DNA from: an uncultured Pelagibacteraceae bacterium
GTDB taxonomy: Bacteria > Pseudomonadota > Alphaproteobacteria > Pelagibacterales > Pelagibacteraceae
Assembly: GCA_902581775.1 (NCBI GenBank)
Contig: CACHPJ010000001.1
Location: 90,715-154,714, forward strand
Reading direction: 5' to 3'
Length of the DNA: 64,000 nt
Shown here: positions 31,338 to 42,265 of the stretch, piece after piece
How the letters are laid out: the number at the start of each line of letters is the position of its first letter
Position numbering within the stretch: the first letter of the stretch is position 1
Program-made: the position numbers and the translations under genes
Notes under the pieces: model-generated
The model's database searches: none
Seen by the model: only the letters and a program-made list of their open reading frames with translations
What the model was told of the DNA's origin: nothing

Positions 31338-32798
31338 ATGCCTATAAAAATTAATTATTCAAAAAAAACAAGCAGCAAAGCCTCATCTAATCTTGTCTTA
31401 TTTTCTAATGAGAAATTCAGTATTAACGATTTAAAAAAATATCTTTCAAGTTCAGAGTTTTCTTACATAAATGATTTATTGAAAACAAGTGATTTAAAAA
31501 AAAATATGTTTGTTTTTGAAGTTAATTCAAAAAAAAAGATTGTTTTGATTTCCATCAAAAAAGATTTAAAGAGCTTTGATATAGAAAATTTAGGAGCTGA
31601 ATTCTATGGTCGAGTAAACCATGGAAAGAATAGTGAGTATTTTATAAATTGCGATAGTGTAAGAAGTAAAATAGAAAATTTTATTGGTCATTTTCTTCAT
31701 GGAATAAAATTAAAGTCATATGAATTCAAAAAATATAAAACAAAAAAAACTGAAAGAATTATTTCTATAAATGTATCTGGAAGTAAAAATAAACCTTCCC
31801 AAAAAAGCCAATTAAAATTTAAAGCTTTGGAGGAAGGAACTTTTTATGCAAGAGATTTAGTTTCTGAACCTGGTAATATTTTGCATCCAGATGAATATGC
31901 AAAAAGATTAAGCTCTCTAAAAAAAGATGGATTAAAAGTTAATATATACGATGAAAAAAAATTAAAAAAACTTGGCATGAATGCTTTACTTGGCGTAGGG
32001 ATGGGAAGTATCAGGGGATCTTATCTTGTAACAATGGAATGGAATGGAGCAAAAAACAATTCTAAACCTCTAGCATTTGTAGGAAAGGGAGTTACTTTTG
32101 ATACAGGAGGATATTCGTTAAAACCTGCTAGATTCATGGAAGACATGACTTACGATATGGCAGGCTCGGCTGCGGTAGTTGGTTTAATGAAAAACTTGGC
32201 TTTAAGAAAAGCAAAAATTAATGCTGTAGGCGTTGTAGGTCTTGTAGAAAATATGGTAAGTGGAGTAGCTCAAAGACCAGGAGATATTGTTAAATCTTAT
32301 AGCGGTAAAACTATAGAAGTATTAAACACCGATGCAGAGGGTCGATTAGTTTTAGCTGATGCATTAACCTTTACTGAAAAAAAATTTAAACCAAAATTTA
32401 TAGTTGATTTAGCTACTCTAACCGGTGCAATTATAGTTTGCCTTGGCTCAGAATATGCTGGTCTTTTTTCAAATGATGATAACCTGTCTAATCAAATTTT
32501 TAATGCAGGAGAAAAAGTGGAAGAGAAAGTATGGAGAATGCCTCTTCATAAAAATTATGATAAGCTGATGAATTCAAAAAATGCTGATATGCAAAATATT
32601 AATTATGTTGGTGGAGCAGGGTCGACAACTGCAGCTCAATTTTTACAAAGATTTATCTTAAATAAAACTTCATGGGCTCATTTAGATATTGCCGGTATGG
32701 CTTTTTCAAAATATGGTGGAGCATTAAATTCAGGAGGAGCTACTGGTTTTGGAGTGAGACTACTAAATCAGTTAATAGAAGAAAATTATGAGCAATAA
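31338..32798 (+). CDS. pepA: Leucyl aminopeptidase (M17)
   Basis: VGKGVTFDTGG, DMAGSA, NTDAEGRLVLAD, DLATLTGA, WAHLDIAG. Confidence 0.98.
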   Translation: MPIKINYSKKTSSKASSNLVLFSNEKFSINDLKKYLSSSEFSYINDLLKTSDLKKNMFVFEVNSKKKIVLISIKKDLKSFDIENLGAEFYGRVNHGKNSEYFINCDSVRSKIENFIGHFLHGIKLKSYEFKKYKTKKTERIISINVSGSKNKPSQKSQLKFKALEEGTFYARDLVSEPGNILHPDEYAKRLSSLKKDGLKVNIYDEKKLKKLGMNALLGVGMGSIRGSYLVTMEWNGAKNNSKPLAFVGKGVTFDTGGYSLKPARFMEDMTYDMAGSAAVVGLMKNLALRKAKINAVGVVGLVENMVSGVAQRPGDIVKSYSGKTIEVLNTDAEGRLVLADALTFTEKKFKPKFIVDLATLTGAIIVCLGSEYAGLFSNDDNLSNQIFNAGEKVEEKVWRMPLHKNYDKLMNSKNADMQNINYVGGAGSTTAAQFLQRFILNKTSWAHLDIAGMAFSKYGGALNSGGATGFGVRLLNQLIEENYEQ

Positions 32799-33198
32799 AG
32801 AGCAAACACTCTCTATAATCAAACCAGATGCAGTTGAAAGAAATTTGTCAGAAAAAATTAAGTCAATTTTTTCAAAAAATAATTTATCAATTTTGGAGAC
32901 TAAAAAACTACATATTTCAAAAGAAGAAGCAGCAGAATTTTATAAAGTACATCAATCAAAACCATTTTACGATAAACTTTGCAATTACCTATCATCAGGA
33001 CCTCTAGAAGCTATTATTTTAGAGGGTGAAAATGCAATATCAAAAAATAGAGAATTAATGGGAGCCACAAATCCAAAAGATGCAAAGGATGGCACTATTA
33101 GGAAACTATATGGTATTTCAATAGACAAAAATTCAGTTCATGGATCCGACTCAGTAGAAAATGCAAAAGTTGAAATAAATTTTTTTTTTAAAGCCTAA
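32788..33198 (+). CDS. ndk: Nucleoside diphosphate kinase
   Basis: TLSIIKPDAV, GATNP, GTIR, NSVHGSDS. Confidence 0.97.
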   Translation: MSNKEQTLSIIKPDAVERNLSEKIKSIFSKNNLSILETKKLHISKEEAAEFYKVHQSKPFYDKLCNYLSSGPLEAIILEGENAISKNRELMGATNPKDAKDGTIRKLYGISIDKNSVHGSDSVENAKVEINFFFKA

Positions 33199-33758
33199 TA
33201 TTTTCCTAATAGTTTTATTAGCGCTTCTGGATATGATTTGTATTCGACTTTTTGGGTTTTAATCTTTAGGGTTTTTTCATTGTCATAAGGTTCAATCTTA
33301 AAACTTTTTTTTAATATTATTTTTCCAGAATCCAAGTTTTCATTTACAAGATGCACTGTACAACCAGTCATTTTTTCCTTATTTTCAATAATTCTTTTGT
33401 ATGTATTTATTCCTTTAAATTTTGGAAGTAAAGACGGATGAATGTTTATAATTGGCTTTTTAAAACTTCGTATAAAATTTTTAGGTAAAATTTTCATATA
33501 GCCCGCTAAACATATTACTGAAATATTTCTTTTCGTTATTTCATTAAGAGCTTTTAAATCATAGTTTTTTTTCGATGTATTAATTATTAAAAATGGAATA
33601 GCGAACTTTTTTGCATACATTAATCCTTTCGCATTTTTCTTATTAGATATAATTAATTCAACTTTAATCGGAAAGCTATTATCTCTAGATCTTTTTATAA
33701 GAGTATTTAAATTAGTACCTTTACCTGAAATAAAAACACATGCCCTTTTTTTTACCAT
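33195..33758 (-). CDS. purN: Phosphoribosylglycinamide formyltransferase
   Basis: ISGKGTN, LAGYMKIL, INIHPSLLP, GCTVH...LDSG. Confidence 0.96.
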   Translation of the reverse strand: MVKKRACVFISGKGTNLNTLIKRSRDNSFPIKVELIISNKKNAKGLMYAKKFAIPFLIINTSKKNYDLKALNEITKRNISVICLAGYMKILPKNFIRSFKKPIINIHPSLLPKFKGINTYKRIIENKEKMTGCTVHLVNENLDSGKIILKKSFKIEPYDNEKTLKIKTQKVEYKSYPEALIKLLGKY

Positions 33759-34780
33759 TTTAATTTATTTAACAAATTAATTCTTGATTTTGATTTAGAG
33801 ATATGACCAATTTCATAGGGCTTATAATCATGATTAAAAAAGTTTTTAATTTTACCTATATCTTTTCTTTTACAAATTAAACAAAAACCAACCCCACAAT
33901 TAAAAGTTTTTAACATTTCTTTATCCGATATATTATTTTTTTTTAACCATTTGAAAACTTTTAAAATTTTTATTTTTTTTAAATCAATACTTATTGATAG
34001 ATTATTTGGAACTGATCTCATTAAATTCTCAACCAAACCACCTCCTGTAATGTGTGCAGCTGAATTGATAAGTTTTCTATCAACTAAATTTAAAATTTCT
34101 TTTGCATAAATTTTTGTTGGTTTTATAATCTCCTTAATTAATTTGCTAGGTATTTTTTTGTTTTTTAATATTTTTCTTACAAGAGAAAAACCGTTAGAGT
34201 GTATTCCACTAGATGGTATCGCTAATATAACATCTTTATTTTTAACATTTTTTTTTAAAAGTAATTTTTTTTTTGAGACAATACCAACAGAAAATCCAGC
34301 TAAATCAAACTTGTTGTTTTCATAAATTCCTGGCATTTCAGCAGTTTCACCTCCAGCTAGTTGACACTTTGAAATATTGCATCCTTTTAAAATTCCCTTA
34401 ATAATTAATTTTAACTTTTTAAGATTTATTTTACCTATTGCAATATAGTCTAAAAAAAATAGAGGCTTAGCTCCCTGAACAATCAAATCATTGACGCACA
34501 TTGCAACTAAATCTATCCCAATTGTATCAAATTTTTTAAATTTGTTTGCTAACTCTAATTTAGTCCCAACACCATCAGTAGAAGAAACAATTATAGGATC
34601 TTTTATTTTACTTTTACTTAGATCATACAAAGACCCAAATGCTCCAATATTATTAGATTGTTCGGATGCCCCCTTTTTTTTGACATTTTTCTTTGAAATT
34701 TTTGCTATGTGAGTAACAAATTTATTCGCCAATTCTATATTTACACCACTTTTTCTGTAACTATTTTTTGTTTTTTGCAT
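33752..34780 (-). CDS. purM: AIR synthetase
   Basis: YRKSGVNI, TDGVGTK, GGETAEMPG, SSGIHSNGFSL, HITGGGL, TFNCGVG. Confidence 0.97.
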   Translation of the reverse strand: MQKTKNSYRKSGVNIELANKFVTHIAKISKKNVKKKGASEQSNNIGAFGSLYDLSKSKIKDPIIVSSTDGVGTKLELANKFKKFDTIGIDLVAMCVNDLIVQGAKPLFFLDYIAIGKINLKKLKLIIKGILKGCNISKCQLAGGETAEMPGIYENNKFDLAGFSVGIVSKKKLLLKKNVKNKDVILAIPSSGIHSNGFSLVRKILKNKKIPSKLIKEIIKPTKIYAKEILNLVDRKLINSAAHITGGGLVENLMRSVPNNLSISIDLKKIKILKVFKWLKKNNISDKEMLKTFNCGVGFCLICKRKDIGKIKNFFNHDYKPYEIGHISKSKSRINLLNKLKW

Positions 34781-34806
34781 CAATTAAATGATATTTATTT
34801 CAATAA

Positions 34807-35844
34807 ATGAAAAATTTTATAATAATTCTAATAATAGTCTTTTTGTTTAAAACGGAAAATGTTTTTTCTAAAAATAGTATTTTTGATGTTGATAATATTA
34901 TTATAGACAATAAAAGTAAAATAAGTAGCACCCAAATATTGGATAAAGCTTTTGAAAAAGGTTTCTTAAAACTTACAAAAAAAATATTACTTAATCGTGA
35001 TTTAATAAAAGTAGAAGAAGTAAAATTAGCACAAATTCAAAAATTAGTTTCCAGTTATCAAATCATTAATAAAGAAGATTTAAAAGAGAAAGATCAAATT
35101 CTAGTGAATATTTCTTTTGATAAAGATAAAATAAATAGTTTTTTTAGTGAAAAAAATATTTCTTATGCTGATATATCTCAATCAAATATAATGTTATTTC
35201 CAGTTTTGTTAGAAAAAGGAAATATATTTTTATTTAATAATAATTATTTTTTCAATAATTGGAATAAAAATTTAAATGAAGATAAATTTATTGATTATCT
35301 TTTGCCTATTGAAAGCTTAGAGTATATCCAGGCTATAAATAAAAGTGAAGGTAATTTAGAATTAATTGATTTTAAAAATTTGCTTACAAGCTATGGTATA
35401 AAAAATTACATTCTTTTGATAATTGAACCTAAGGTAAAGTCAAAAGTTTTCTTAAAAGGGGAAATATATGATAATCAAATTATAAAGAGATATAATTTTG
35501 ATTTATCTGAAATTGATGAGAAAAAAAAGAATGATTTTATAATTAAATCAATTAGAGATGAAATAAATGAATTGTGGAAATTACAGAACCTTATAGATAT
35601 AAGAACACCGTCTTTTTTAAATGTTAAATTAGAATTGAAAAGAACTAGCGATTTAATAAATCTTCAAAAAAATCTAGCAAAAATTGATCTCGTAGAAAAT
35701 TTTTCAGTGTCGGAATTAAACAAAGACTATGTGAAAGTAAAGATAAAATATTATGGTAAAATTGATAAAATAAAAAAAAAATTTAATGATAATAATTTAA
35801 AAACTTCAATTAAAAATAATCAATGGATTTTTCAAATTTTATAA
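34807..35844 (+). CDS. Exported protein, DUF2066-like
   Basis: Signal peptide; position divergent from purM and upstream of hdaA matches alphaproteobacterial DUF2066 genes; sequence similarity weak by eye. Confidence 0.5.
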   Translation: MKNFIIILIIVFLFKTENVFSKNSIFDVDNIIIDNKSKISSTQILDKAFEKGFLKLTKKILLNRDLIKVEEVKLAQIQKLVSSYQIINKEDLKEKDQILVNISFDKDKINSFFSEKNISYADISQSNIMLFPVLLEKGNIFLFNNNYFFNNWNKNLNEDKFIDYLLPIESLEYIQAINKSEGNLELIDFKNLLTSYGIKNYILLIIEPKVKSKVFLKGEIYDNQIIKRYNFDLSEIDEKKKNDFIIKSIRDEINELWKLQNLIDIRTPSFLNVKLELKRTSDLINLQKNLAKIDLVENFSVSELNKDYVKVKIKYYGKIDKIKKKFNDNNLKTSIKNNQWIFQIL

Positions 35845-36498
35845 ATGAAACAACTCATTTTTCAATTTCCTTTTAAAACTTCTTACAATGAAAAAGACTT
35901 TTATGTCTCTTCAAACAATTTTGAAGTATACAAACTTGTGGAAACATTTCCCAAATGGGTGTCAAAAAAAATAAATATTTTTGGTCCTTCTGGAAGCGGT
36001 AAAACCCATTTAGCTTATATTTTAAAAAGTAAATACAACTTTGATATAATAAATGCCGGCAATTTAAAAAAAAATTCTTTAAAAGAAATTGAAATGAAAA
36101 AATGTTTAATAATAGATAATTATCACAACAATATTGAAGAAGATACACTATACTCTTTAATCAATACTATAAATCAATCAAATAGCTTTTTAGTAATTAA
36201 TTCAAAAGAGCCAATAAAAAATATCAATATAAAGTTATTAGATCTTAAATCTAGATTTGAAAGTTTTTTATTCTTAGGTATTGATCTTCCTACCGATGAT
36301 TTATTGAGAGCAGTCATAACTAAATATTTTTCAGATAAACAGCTTGAAATTAATATTAAATCGCTTGAATACGTTATTAAGAATATTGATAGGTCTTATG
36401 AAAAAATAACAAATTTTACTAAAGAAATAGATAAAGTATCTTTATCCACTGGCAAATCAATAAATATTAATTTAATAAAAAGTGTATTAAATAAATAA
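35845..36498 (+). CDS. hdaA: DnaA regulatory inactivator HdaA
   Basis: N-terminal clamp-binding [28 protein letters not shown]. Confidence 0.85.
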   Translation: MKQLIFQFPFKTSYNEKDFYVSSNNFEVYKLVETFPKWVSKKINIFGPSGSGKTHLAYILKSKYNFDIINAGNLKKNSLKEIEMKKCLIIDNYHNNIEEDTLYSLINTINQSNSFLVINSKEPIKNINIKLLDLKSRFESFLFLGIDLPTDDLLRAVITKYFSDKQLEINIKSLEYVIKNIDRSYEKITNFTKEIDKVSLSTGKSININLIKSVLNK

Positions 36499-36506
36499 AT
36501 AAATTA

Positions 36507-38306
36507 ATGAATAAATATAGATCTCATAATTGTTCTGAACTTTCTGAAAAAGAAATAGGAAAAAAAGTAAAACTTTCAGGTTGGGTACACAGAAAAAGAG
36601 ACCATGGAAATTTACTTTTTTTAGACCTAAGAGACCATTTTGGTATTACTCAATGTGTTATAGAAAATAAAGATAAAAATTTTAAGTCTCTAGAGAAGCT
36701 AAAACCTGAGTCCGTTGTATTAATACAAGGAGAAGTAATTAAAAGATCCAAAGAAACTGAAAACAAAGATCTTAAAACTGGTCTTATAGAGGTAAAAATA
36801 AATAACTGTGAAATTTTATCAAATGCTGAAGAATTACCAATGCCAGTTTTTGGCGATCAAGAGTACCCAGAGGAAGTAAGATTAAAGTATAGGTTTATTG
36901 ATTTAAGACGAAAGATAATGCATAAAAATATTGAACTTAGATCAAAAGTAATATCTTTTTTAAGAAACAAGATGTTAGAAAATAATTTTCTAGAATTTCA
37001 AACACCTATATTAACCGCTTCAAGTCCAGAAGGTGCTAGGGACTTCTTAGTTCCAAGCAGAACTCATCAAGGAAAATTTTATGCTTTACCTCAAGCACCT
37101 CAACAATTCAAGCAAATGGTCATGATAGCTAGTTTTGATAGATATTTCCAAATTGCACCTTGTTTTAGAGATGAAGACGGAAGAGCTGACAGAAGTCCTG
37201 GTGAACATTATCAACTGGATATGGAGATGTCTTTTGTTGAACAAGAAGATATTTTTAATACTGTTGAACCTATTTTTTATAGCTTATTCACAAAGTTTGG
37301 AAATAATAAGAAAGTAAATAAAAATCCATTTCCTAGAATAACTTTTAAAGACTCTATGGAAAAATACGGTACAGATAAGCCAGATTTAAGAAACCCTATA
37401 GAGATAGTTGATGTGACAAAATTATTTAAATCAGGTGATACAAATTTTAAAATATTTAAAGATAAGGTTCTAAAAGGTGATGTTGTTAAAGCTATACCAG
37501 CACCAAATACAACTTCTAAACCGAGAAGTTTTTTTGACAGCCTAAATAACTGGGCTATATCAGAGGGGGCAAGTGGTATGGCTTATATGACATTTGAAAA
37601 AAAAGAAAATAAAATTATAGGAAAAGGACCGATTGCTAAATTCTTCAACGAAAAATCAATATCTACAATTGTTAAAGATTGTAAAATTTCTGAAAAAGAC
37701 TCTTTGTTTTTTGTATGTAATAACATTACAGAGGCCCAAAAATTTTCTGGGCTAGCAAGACAAAAAATTGGTAACGAATTAGAAATTATAGATAAAAATA
37801 AATATATTTTTTGTTGGATAACTGATTTTCCAATGTATCATTATGATGAAAAAGAAAAGAAAATTGATTTTAGTCATAATCCTTTTTCTATGCCCCAAGA
37901 AAAAATAGAAGAATTTGATAAAAAGGACCCATTAAAAATACTAGCGTATCAGTACGATCTTGTTTGTAATGGTTTTGAACTATCGTCAGGCGCCATTAGA
38001 AACCACCTTCCAGAGTATCTTTTTAAGGTTTTTAATAAAGTCGGTTATTCAAAAGAAATGGTAAAAAAAAATTTCCCTGGAATGATAAATGCTCTTTCTT
38101 ATGGAGCGCCTCCTCATGGTGGGATGGCTCCAGGTATTGATAGAATTATTATGCTTTTAGCGGATGAAAAAAATATTAGAGAAGTTACTCTGTTTCCGCT
38201 AAATCAGAATGCGCAAGATTTGTTAATGGGCGCACCAACATATGTGTCAGAAAAACAATTGAAAGAATTGGGTATAAAAACAACGGTAAAAAAATCTAAT
38301 TCTTAG
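36507..38306 (+). CDS. aspS: Aspartyl-tRNA synthetase, probably non-discriminating Asp/Asn
   Basis: YRSHNC, RKRDHG (His typical of non-discriminating enzymes), [25 protein letters not shown]. Confidence 0.98.
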   Translation: MNKYRSHNCSELSEKEIGKKVKLSGWVHRKRDHGNLLFLDLRDHFGITQCVIENKDKNFKSLEKLKPESVVLIQGEVIKRSKETENKDLKTGLIEVKINNCEILSNAEELPMPVFGDQEYPEEVRLKYRFIDLRRKIMHKNIELRSKVISFLRNKMLENNFLEFQTPILTASSPEGARDFLVPSRTHQGKFYALPQAPQQFKQMVMIASFDRYFQIAPCFRDEDGRADRSPGEHYQLDMEMSFVEQEDIFNTVEPIFYSLFTKFGNNKKVNKNPFPRITFKDSMEKYGTDKPDLRNPIEIVDVTKLFKSGDTNFKIFKDKVLKGDVVKAIPAPNTTSKPRSFFDSLNNWAISEGASGMAYMTFEKKENKIIGKGPIAKFFNEKSISTIVKDCKISEKDSLFFVCNNITEAQKFSGLARQKIGNELEIIDKNKYIFCWITDFPMYHYDEKEKKIDFSHNPFSMPQEKIEEFDKKDPLKILAYQYDLVCNGFELSSGAIRNHLPEYLFKVFNKVGYSKEMVKKNFPGMINALSYGAPPHGGMAPGIDRIIMLLADEKNIREVTLFPLNQNAQDLLMGAPTYVSEKQLKELGIKTTVKKSNS

Positions 38307-39117
38307 ATTTTAGATTTATTCTAATGTCACTTAAATCTACTAATTTTTCTTCGTAATTACTTCTTACAAATCCTTTAGAAGCTATATTTTTTACTATTTT
38401 TAAAAATTTATCGTCTGTTGTATCATTATCTATGTTTACGCTATTGGCTATAGAAGGTGTGTGGGCGAGCTCTTCTTTGCCAAGATAAGAAATTGCAAGT
38501 TCTCGAAAAACATAATCTAATATTGAAGTTGCACTTAAAATTCTATCATTTCCCTCAACTTTTCCCGATGGCTCAAATTTTGTATCAATAAAGGCATCAA
38601 CAAATTCATCTAGCGGCACCCCGTATTGAAGACCTAAAGAAATTGCTATTGCAAAATTATTCATTAGAGATTTAACTAGTTCTCCCTCTTTATTAGTGTC
38701 AATAAAAATTTCACCGATTCTTCCATCATTATATTCACCTGTATGTAGATAAACTTTATGTTCTCCTATTGAAACTTTCTGAATATATCCTTTTCTCCTG
38801 TCTGGCATTTTAAATCTTGTTTTAATGTAATTTTTAGATTTATTATCTATATCTGGATTTTTTTTCGATTTCCCTAAAACATTATCTGATAAATTTTGTA
38901 TTATTGGTTTAATTTTACTATCTTTAATCGACGTATCTTTTGTAGACTTCTCTCCAGTTTTTCTTGTTTTACGATTGTTTAATTTTACGTCTATTACCTC
39001 TACTTCACCGTCATCTCTGCTGTCGATTTTTGAAAGCTCACTATCATTTAATTCGTTAAGAGAATGTATTGTTTTGAAAGTACAAGTATAATATGTTTCA
39101 ACAATAAATTTTTTCAT
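38296..39117 (-). CDS. Stand-alone NrdJ C-terminal (TSCPD-like) domain protein with unrelated N-terminus; not a catalytic RNR
   Basis: [11 protein letters not shown]...[23 protein letters not shown]...[18 protein letters not shown]...[17 protein letters not shown] matches the alphaproteobacterial class II RNR tail; 273 aa. Confidence 0.85.
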   Translation of the reverse strand: MKKFIVETYYTCTFKTIHSLNELNDSELSKIDSRDDGEVEVIDVKLNNRKTRKTGEKSTKDTSIKDSKIKPIIQNLSDNVLGKSKKNPDIDNKSKNYIKTRFKMPDRRKGYIQKVSIGEHKVYLHTGEYNDGRIGEIFIDTNKEGELVKSLMNNFAIAISLGLQYGVPLDEFVDAFIDTKFEPSGKVEGNDRILSATSILDYVFRELAISYLGKEELAHTPSIANSVNIDNDTTDDKFLKIVKNIASKGFVRSNYEEKLVDLSDIRINLKSKN

Positions 39118-39213
39118 TTTTATAAGGGAATCTTGTTATTGAAGATATATATCATATGTAGTAAGTGTCTATAACATAATGATTCAATTCAAAATTGTGT
39201 GGATTTAAATTTT

Positions 39214-39570
39214 ATGATCAATTTTAAACTCTTCTTTACTTGGTGGAATAGGCAAACTTTTGGAACTTTACTCAAGACTTTGTTTTTTGGCAAGCTTGTA
39301 GGAAAAGATGATAAGGGAAACAGGTATTATCAAAGCAAAGATAATGATAGATGGTTAATTTACTCTAAATCAGTAGAGGCGTCCAAGATACCTAATGAAT
39401 GGTATTTGTGGATACATCATACTATAGATGAAACACCAAAAAAAGATACCAAAGCCTTTTCATGGCAAAAAGATCGTAAGGAAAATTTAACCGGGACTGA
39501 TAAAAGTTATAGACCAAATACGATATTAGATAACGAAATTAAAAAAAAATATGAGACTTGGAAAAATTAA
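39214..39570 (+). CDS. NDUFA12 (complex I 17.2 kDa) family protein
   Basis: FTWWN.QTFGT, G.LVGKD..GNRYY, EASKIP.EW..WIHH, ENLTGT; start placed at ATG 39214. Confidence 0.9.
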   Translation: MINFKLFFTWWNRQTFGTLLKTLFFGKLVGKDDKGNRYYQSKDNDRWLIYSKSVEASKIPNEWYLWIHHTIDETPKKDTKAFSWQKDRKENLTGTDKSYRPNTILDNEIKKKYETWKN

Positions 39571-40066
39571 AATCTTATTTACTATAATTTTTAATTTTAT
39601 TTTTCTTAGCCTAAACGCTAATGAAAAAATTTCAACTGTTCCTTTAATTAATTTAGAAAACTTAGAACCTAGTTATGAAGCAGAAGACACCTCCCCAGAT
39701 AAGTTAAACAATTTAACTAATAAATCTCCTTTAAAGGAAAAAAAAGAAAGTCAAAAAAAAATAGAAAACACTAAAGTTAATTTAATTGGTTTAGATAAAA
39801 TTACAGCAAAAACATCTACAATAAGCATGAAATTAGGAGAGATAAAAAGATTTGGGTTGCTTGAAATTAAAGTTATTAGGTGTGGAAAAGTCGATTTAGC
39901 TGAAAATCAAAATGAAGCTGCTTACATACAAGTTAAAGATACTTCCGACTCAAATAACGAAAAAATCTTTGTCTTTAACGGATGGACTTTTTCTTCTTCT
40001 CCATATTTACAACCTATAGATCATCCAGTTTATGATATTAGATTGGTGAGCTGCGAAAATGCTTAA
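39551..40066 (+). CDS. DUF2155 family exported protein
   Basis: GLDKITAKT, FG.LEI...C, FNGWTFSSSP....IDHPVYD..L..C. Confidence 0.88.
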   Translation: MRLGKIKILFTIIFNFIFLSLNANEKISTVPLINLENLEPSYEAEDTSPDKLNNLTNKSPLKEKKESQKKIENTKVNLIGLDKITAKTSTISMKLGEIKRFGLLEIKVIRCGKVDLAENQNEAAYIQVKDTSDSNNEKIFVFNGWTFSSSPYLQPIDHPVYDIRLVSCENA

Positions 40067-41400
40067 TAAAATTTTTCTTTGCTGAGCCAATTTGTATCAA
40101 AATTTGATTCAATAAATTTTTTATGTGTTAAAATTTTCTTATGTAAATCTACAGTTGTTGTAATTCCCTCAATAACAAACTCATCTAGAGATCTCAACGT
40201 TCTTTGAATAGCTTCTGTTCTGTTCCTTCCTTTGCAGATTACTTTAGCAATTAGGCTGTCATAATAAGGTGTAATTTTACAACCTTGAAAAATAGAACCA
40301 TCTACTCGTGTCCTAAATCCTGAGGGTTGATGGCATACCTTTATAATTCCGGGGCTTGGTTGGAAATCTTTTGAAGGGTCTTCGGCGTTTATTCTACACT
40401 CAATAGAATGTCCTCTTGGGTCAATATCGCTTTGTTTCAAAGCAGTATCTCCTGAAAATGCAATCCACATCTGCTCTTTCACTATATCAATTCCTGTTTG
40501 AACCTCTGTTACTGGATGCTCAACTTGAACTCTTGTATTCATTTCTAAGAAGTAAAATTTTCCATTCTCATAAATAAATTCAACTGTTCCAGCACCCTCG
40601 TAGCCAATTTGTTCAACCATTTTTACTGTTTTTGAAAGAAGATCCGCTCTCTCGTTATCTTTTAGAACTGGACTAGGTGTCTCTTCAATTAATTTTTGAT
40701 GTCTTCTTTGAACAGAACAATCTCTTTCACCTAGATGAACGGTTCGATTTTTCCCCGACATTATTTGAACCTCAATATGTCTGGGATTTTTAAAATATTT
40801 TTCAATATAAAGCTCATCATTACCAAAATATTTTTGAGCTTCTGATTTTGCAGTTAAAAACAAAGTTTCCAAATCCTTCTCTTTTTCTACAATTTTCATA
40901 CCTTTCCCCCCTCCACCCCCTGCAGCTTTAATTAAAACTGGAAAACCTATACTTTCACAAATTTTTTTTGCTTCTTTAAAATTTTTAACCGCACCTTCAG
41001 ACCCTAAAATTATAGGTAAACCATTTTCTTTAGCAATCTTTTTTGCTTCAATCTTATCTCCCATCTTTTTAATAATATTTGCACTCGGCCCAATAAATTT
41101 AATACCATGTTTTTCAACTACTTCTGCAAATTTAGAATTTTCTGATAAAAAACCATAACCAGGATGTATAGCTTCAGCTCCTGTCAAATCCACTGCCGAC
41201 ATTAGAGATGAGATATTTAAATAACTATTTTGAGGTTGATGTGATCCAATGCAAACACTTTCATCCGCTAATCTGACATGCATAGAGTCAGAATCGACAT
41301 CTGAGTGGACGGCAACAGTTGATACTCCCCATTCTTTGCAAGCTCTAATAATTCGAACAGCAATTTCACCTCTATTAGCTATCAATACTTTTTTAAACAT
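40063..41400 (-). CDS. accC: Biotin carboxylase
   Basis: LIANRGEIA, IHPGYGFLSEN, GGGGKGM, ERDCSVQRRHQK, EMNTRVQVEHPVTE. Confidence 0.98.
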   Translation of the reverse strand: MFKKVLIANRGEIAVRIIRACKEWGVSTVAVHSDVDSDSMHVRLADESVCIGSHQPQNSYLNISSLMSAVDLTGAEAIHPGYGFLSENSKFAEVVEKHGIKFIGPSANIIKKMGDKIEAKKIAKENGLPIILGSEGAVKNFKEAKKICESIGFPVLIKAAGGGGGKGMKIVEKEKDLETLFLTAKSEAQKYFGNDELYIEKYFKNPRHIEVQIMSGKNRTVHLGERDCSVQRRHQKLIEETPSPVLKDNERADLLSKTVKMVEQIGYEGAGTVEFIYENGKFYFLEMNTRVQVEHPVTEVQTGIDIVKEQMWIAFSGDTALKQSDIDPRGHSIECRINAEDPSKDFQPSPGIIKVCHQPSGFRTRVDGSIFQGCKITPYYDSLIAKVICKGRNRTEAIQRTLRSLDEFVIEGITTTVDLHKKILTHKKFIESNFDTNWLSKEKFY

Positions 41401-41403
41401 TTA

Positions 41404-41829
41404 TTATTTTAACAAAACAAGTGTTTGTCCAAATTCAACGGGTTGTCCATCATTTACTAAAACTTTTTTAACGACGCCGTCATTAGTTGACGCAACATGG
41501 TTCATAGTTTTCATTGCTTCAACAATCATAATAGTCTGACCCTTTTTTACTTTATCGCCAACCTCAACGAATTTTTTTCCTCCAGGCTCAGAGGCTAGAT
41601 ACGCAGTTCCAATTATAGGAGATTTAATTCTAATTCCCTCTTCTTCGTTATTTGTTAATACAGCTTTGTTGCTTGGTATAACGGTGCTCGGTTTAGATCC
41701 TTCTATAGATGATCTAATTCCTTTAGAAACTTTTATTTTAATATTTCCATCCTGATACTCTAATTCTGTCAAATTAAATTCATCCAGGTTATTCACTAGT
41801 TCTTTAATTAACTTTTTATCAATTTTCAT
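41404..41829 (-). CDS. accB: Biotin carboxyl carrier protein
   Basis: IKSPIIGTAY, EAMKTMN biotinylation site, PVEFGQ. Confidence 0.96.
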   Translation of the reverse strand: MKIDKKLIKELVNNLDEFNLTELEYQDGNIKIKVSKGIRSSIEGSKPSTVIPSNKAVLTNNEEEGIRIKSPIIGTAYLASEPGGKKFVEVGDKVKKGQTIMIVEAMKTMNHVASTNDGVVKKVLVNDGQPVEFGQTLVLLK

Positions 41830-42265
41830 TTTTTAAAATATTTTTTAATGCATCAAGAGCCATAATATATCCCTTAACTCCAAATCCACAAATAATTCCA
41901 GTTGCTAATTTACTAATTAAGGATTTTTGTCTAAATTCTTCTCTATTATATATATTTGTTATATGTAATTCAATAATAGGAATTTTTAAAATTTTTAATG
42001 CATCATGTATAGCCACAGAAGTATGAGTATACCCTCCTGCATTAATTATAACCCCACTCATGTTTTTTCTAGAATCTTGTATAGAGTCAACTATCTCACC
42101 TTCAATGTTTGATTGAAAAAAAGAAACCAATAAATCATTTTTATCAGAATAATCAGAACATTCTTTTTCTATTATGTTTAGTGAAGTGCTACCATATTTA
42201 TCCTTTTCTCTCTCACCTAAAAGGTTAAGATTAGGACCGTTGATAACTAAAATTTTCTTTTTCAT
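41819..42265 (-). CDS. aroQ: Type II 3-dehydroquinate dehydratase
   Basis: NGPNLNLLGERE...YG, QSNIEG, NAGGYTHTS, ELHITNIYNRE.FR. Confidence 0.97.
   Translation of the reverse strand: MKKKILVINGPNLNLLGEREKDKYGSTSLNIIEKECSDYSDKNDLLVSFFQSNIEGEIVDSIQDSRKNMSGVIINAGGYTHTSVAIHDALKILKIPIIELHITNIYNREEFRQKSLISKLATGIICGFGVKGYIMALDALKNILKNEN

Noticed and set aside
36442-36450. DnaA-box-like TTATCCACT in hdaA, suggesting an origin
   Set aside because: Single mismatched box inside coding sequence; no box cluster or origin-sized gap
38296-39117. Calling the NrdJ-tail gene a functional ribonucleotide reductase or a plain pseudogene
   Set aside because: No catalytic domain, so not an RNR; yet the frame is intact with a conserved domain and its own start, so not evidently decaying
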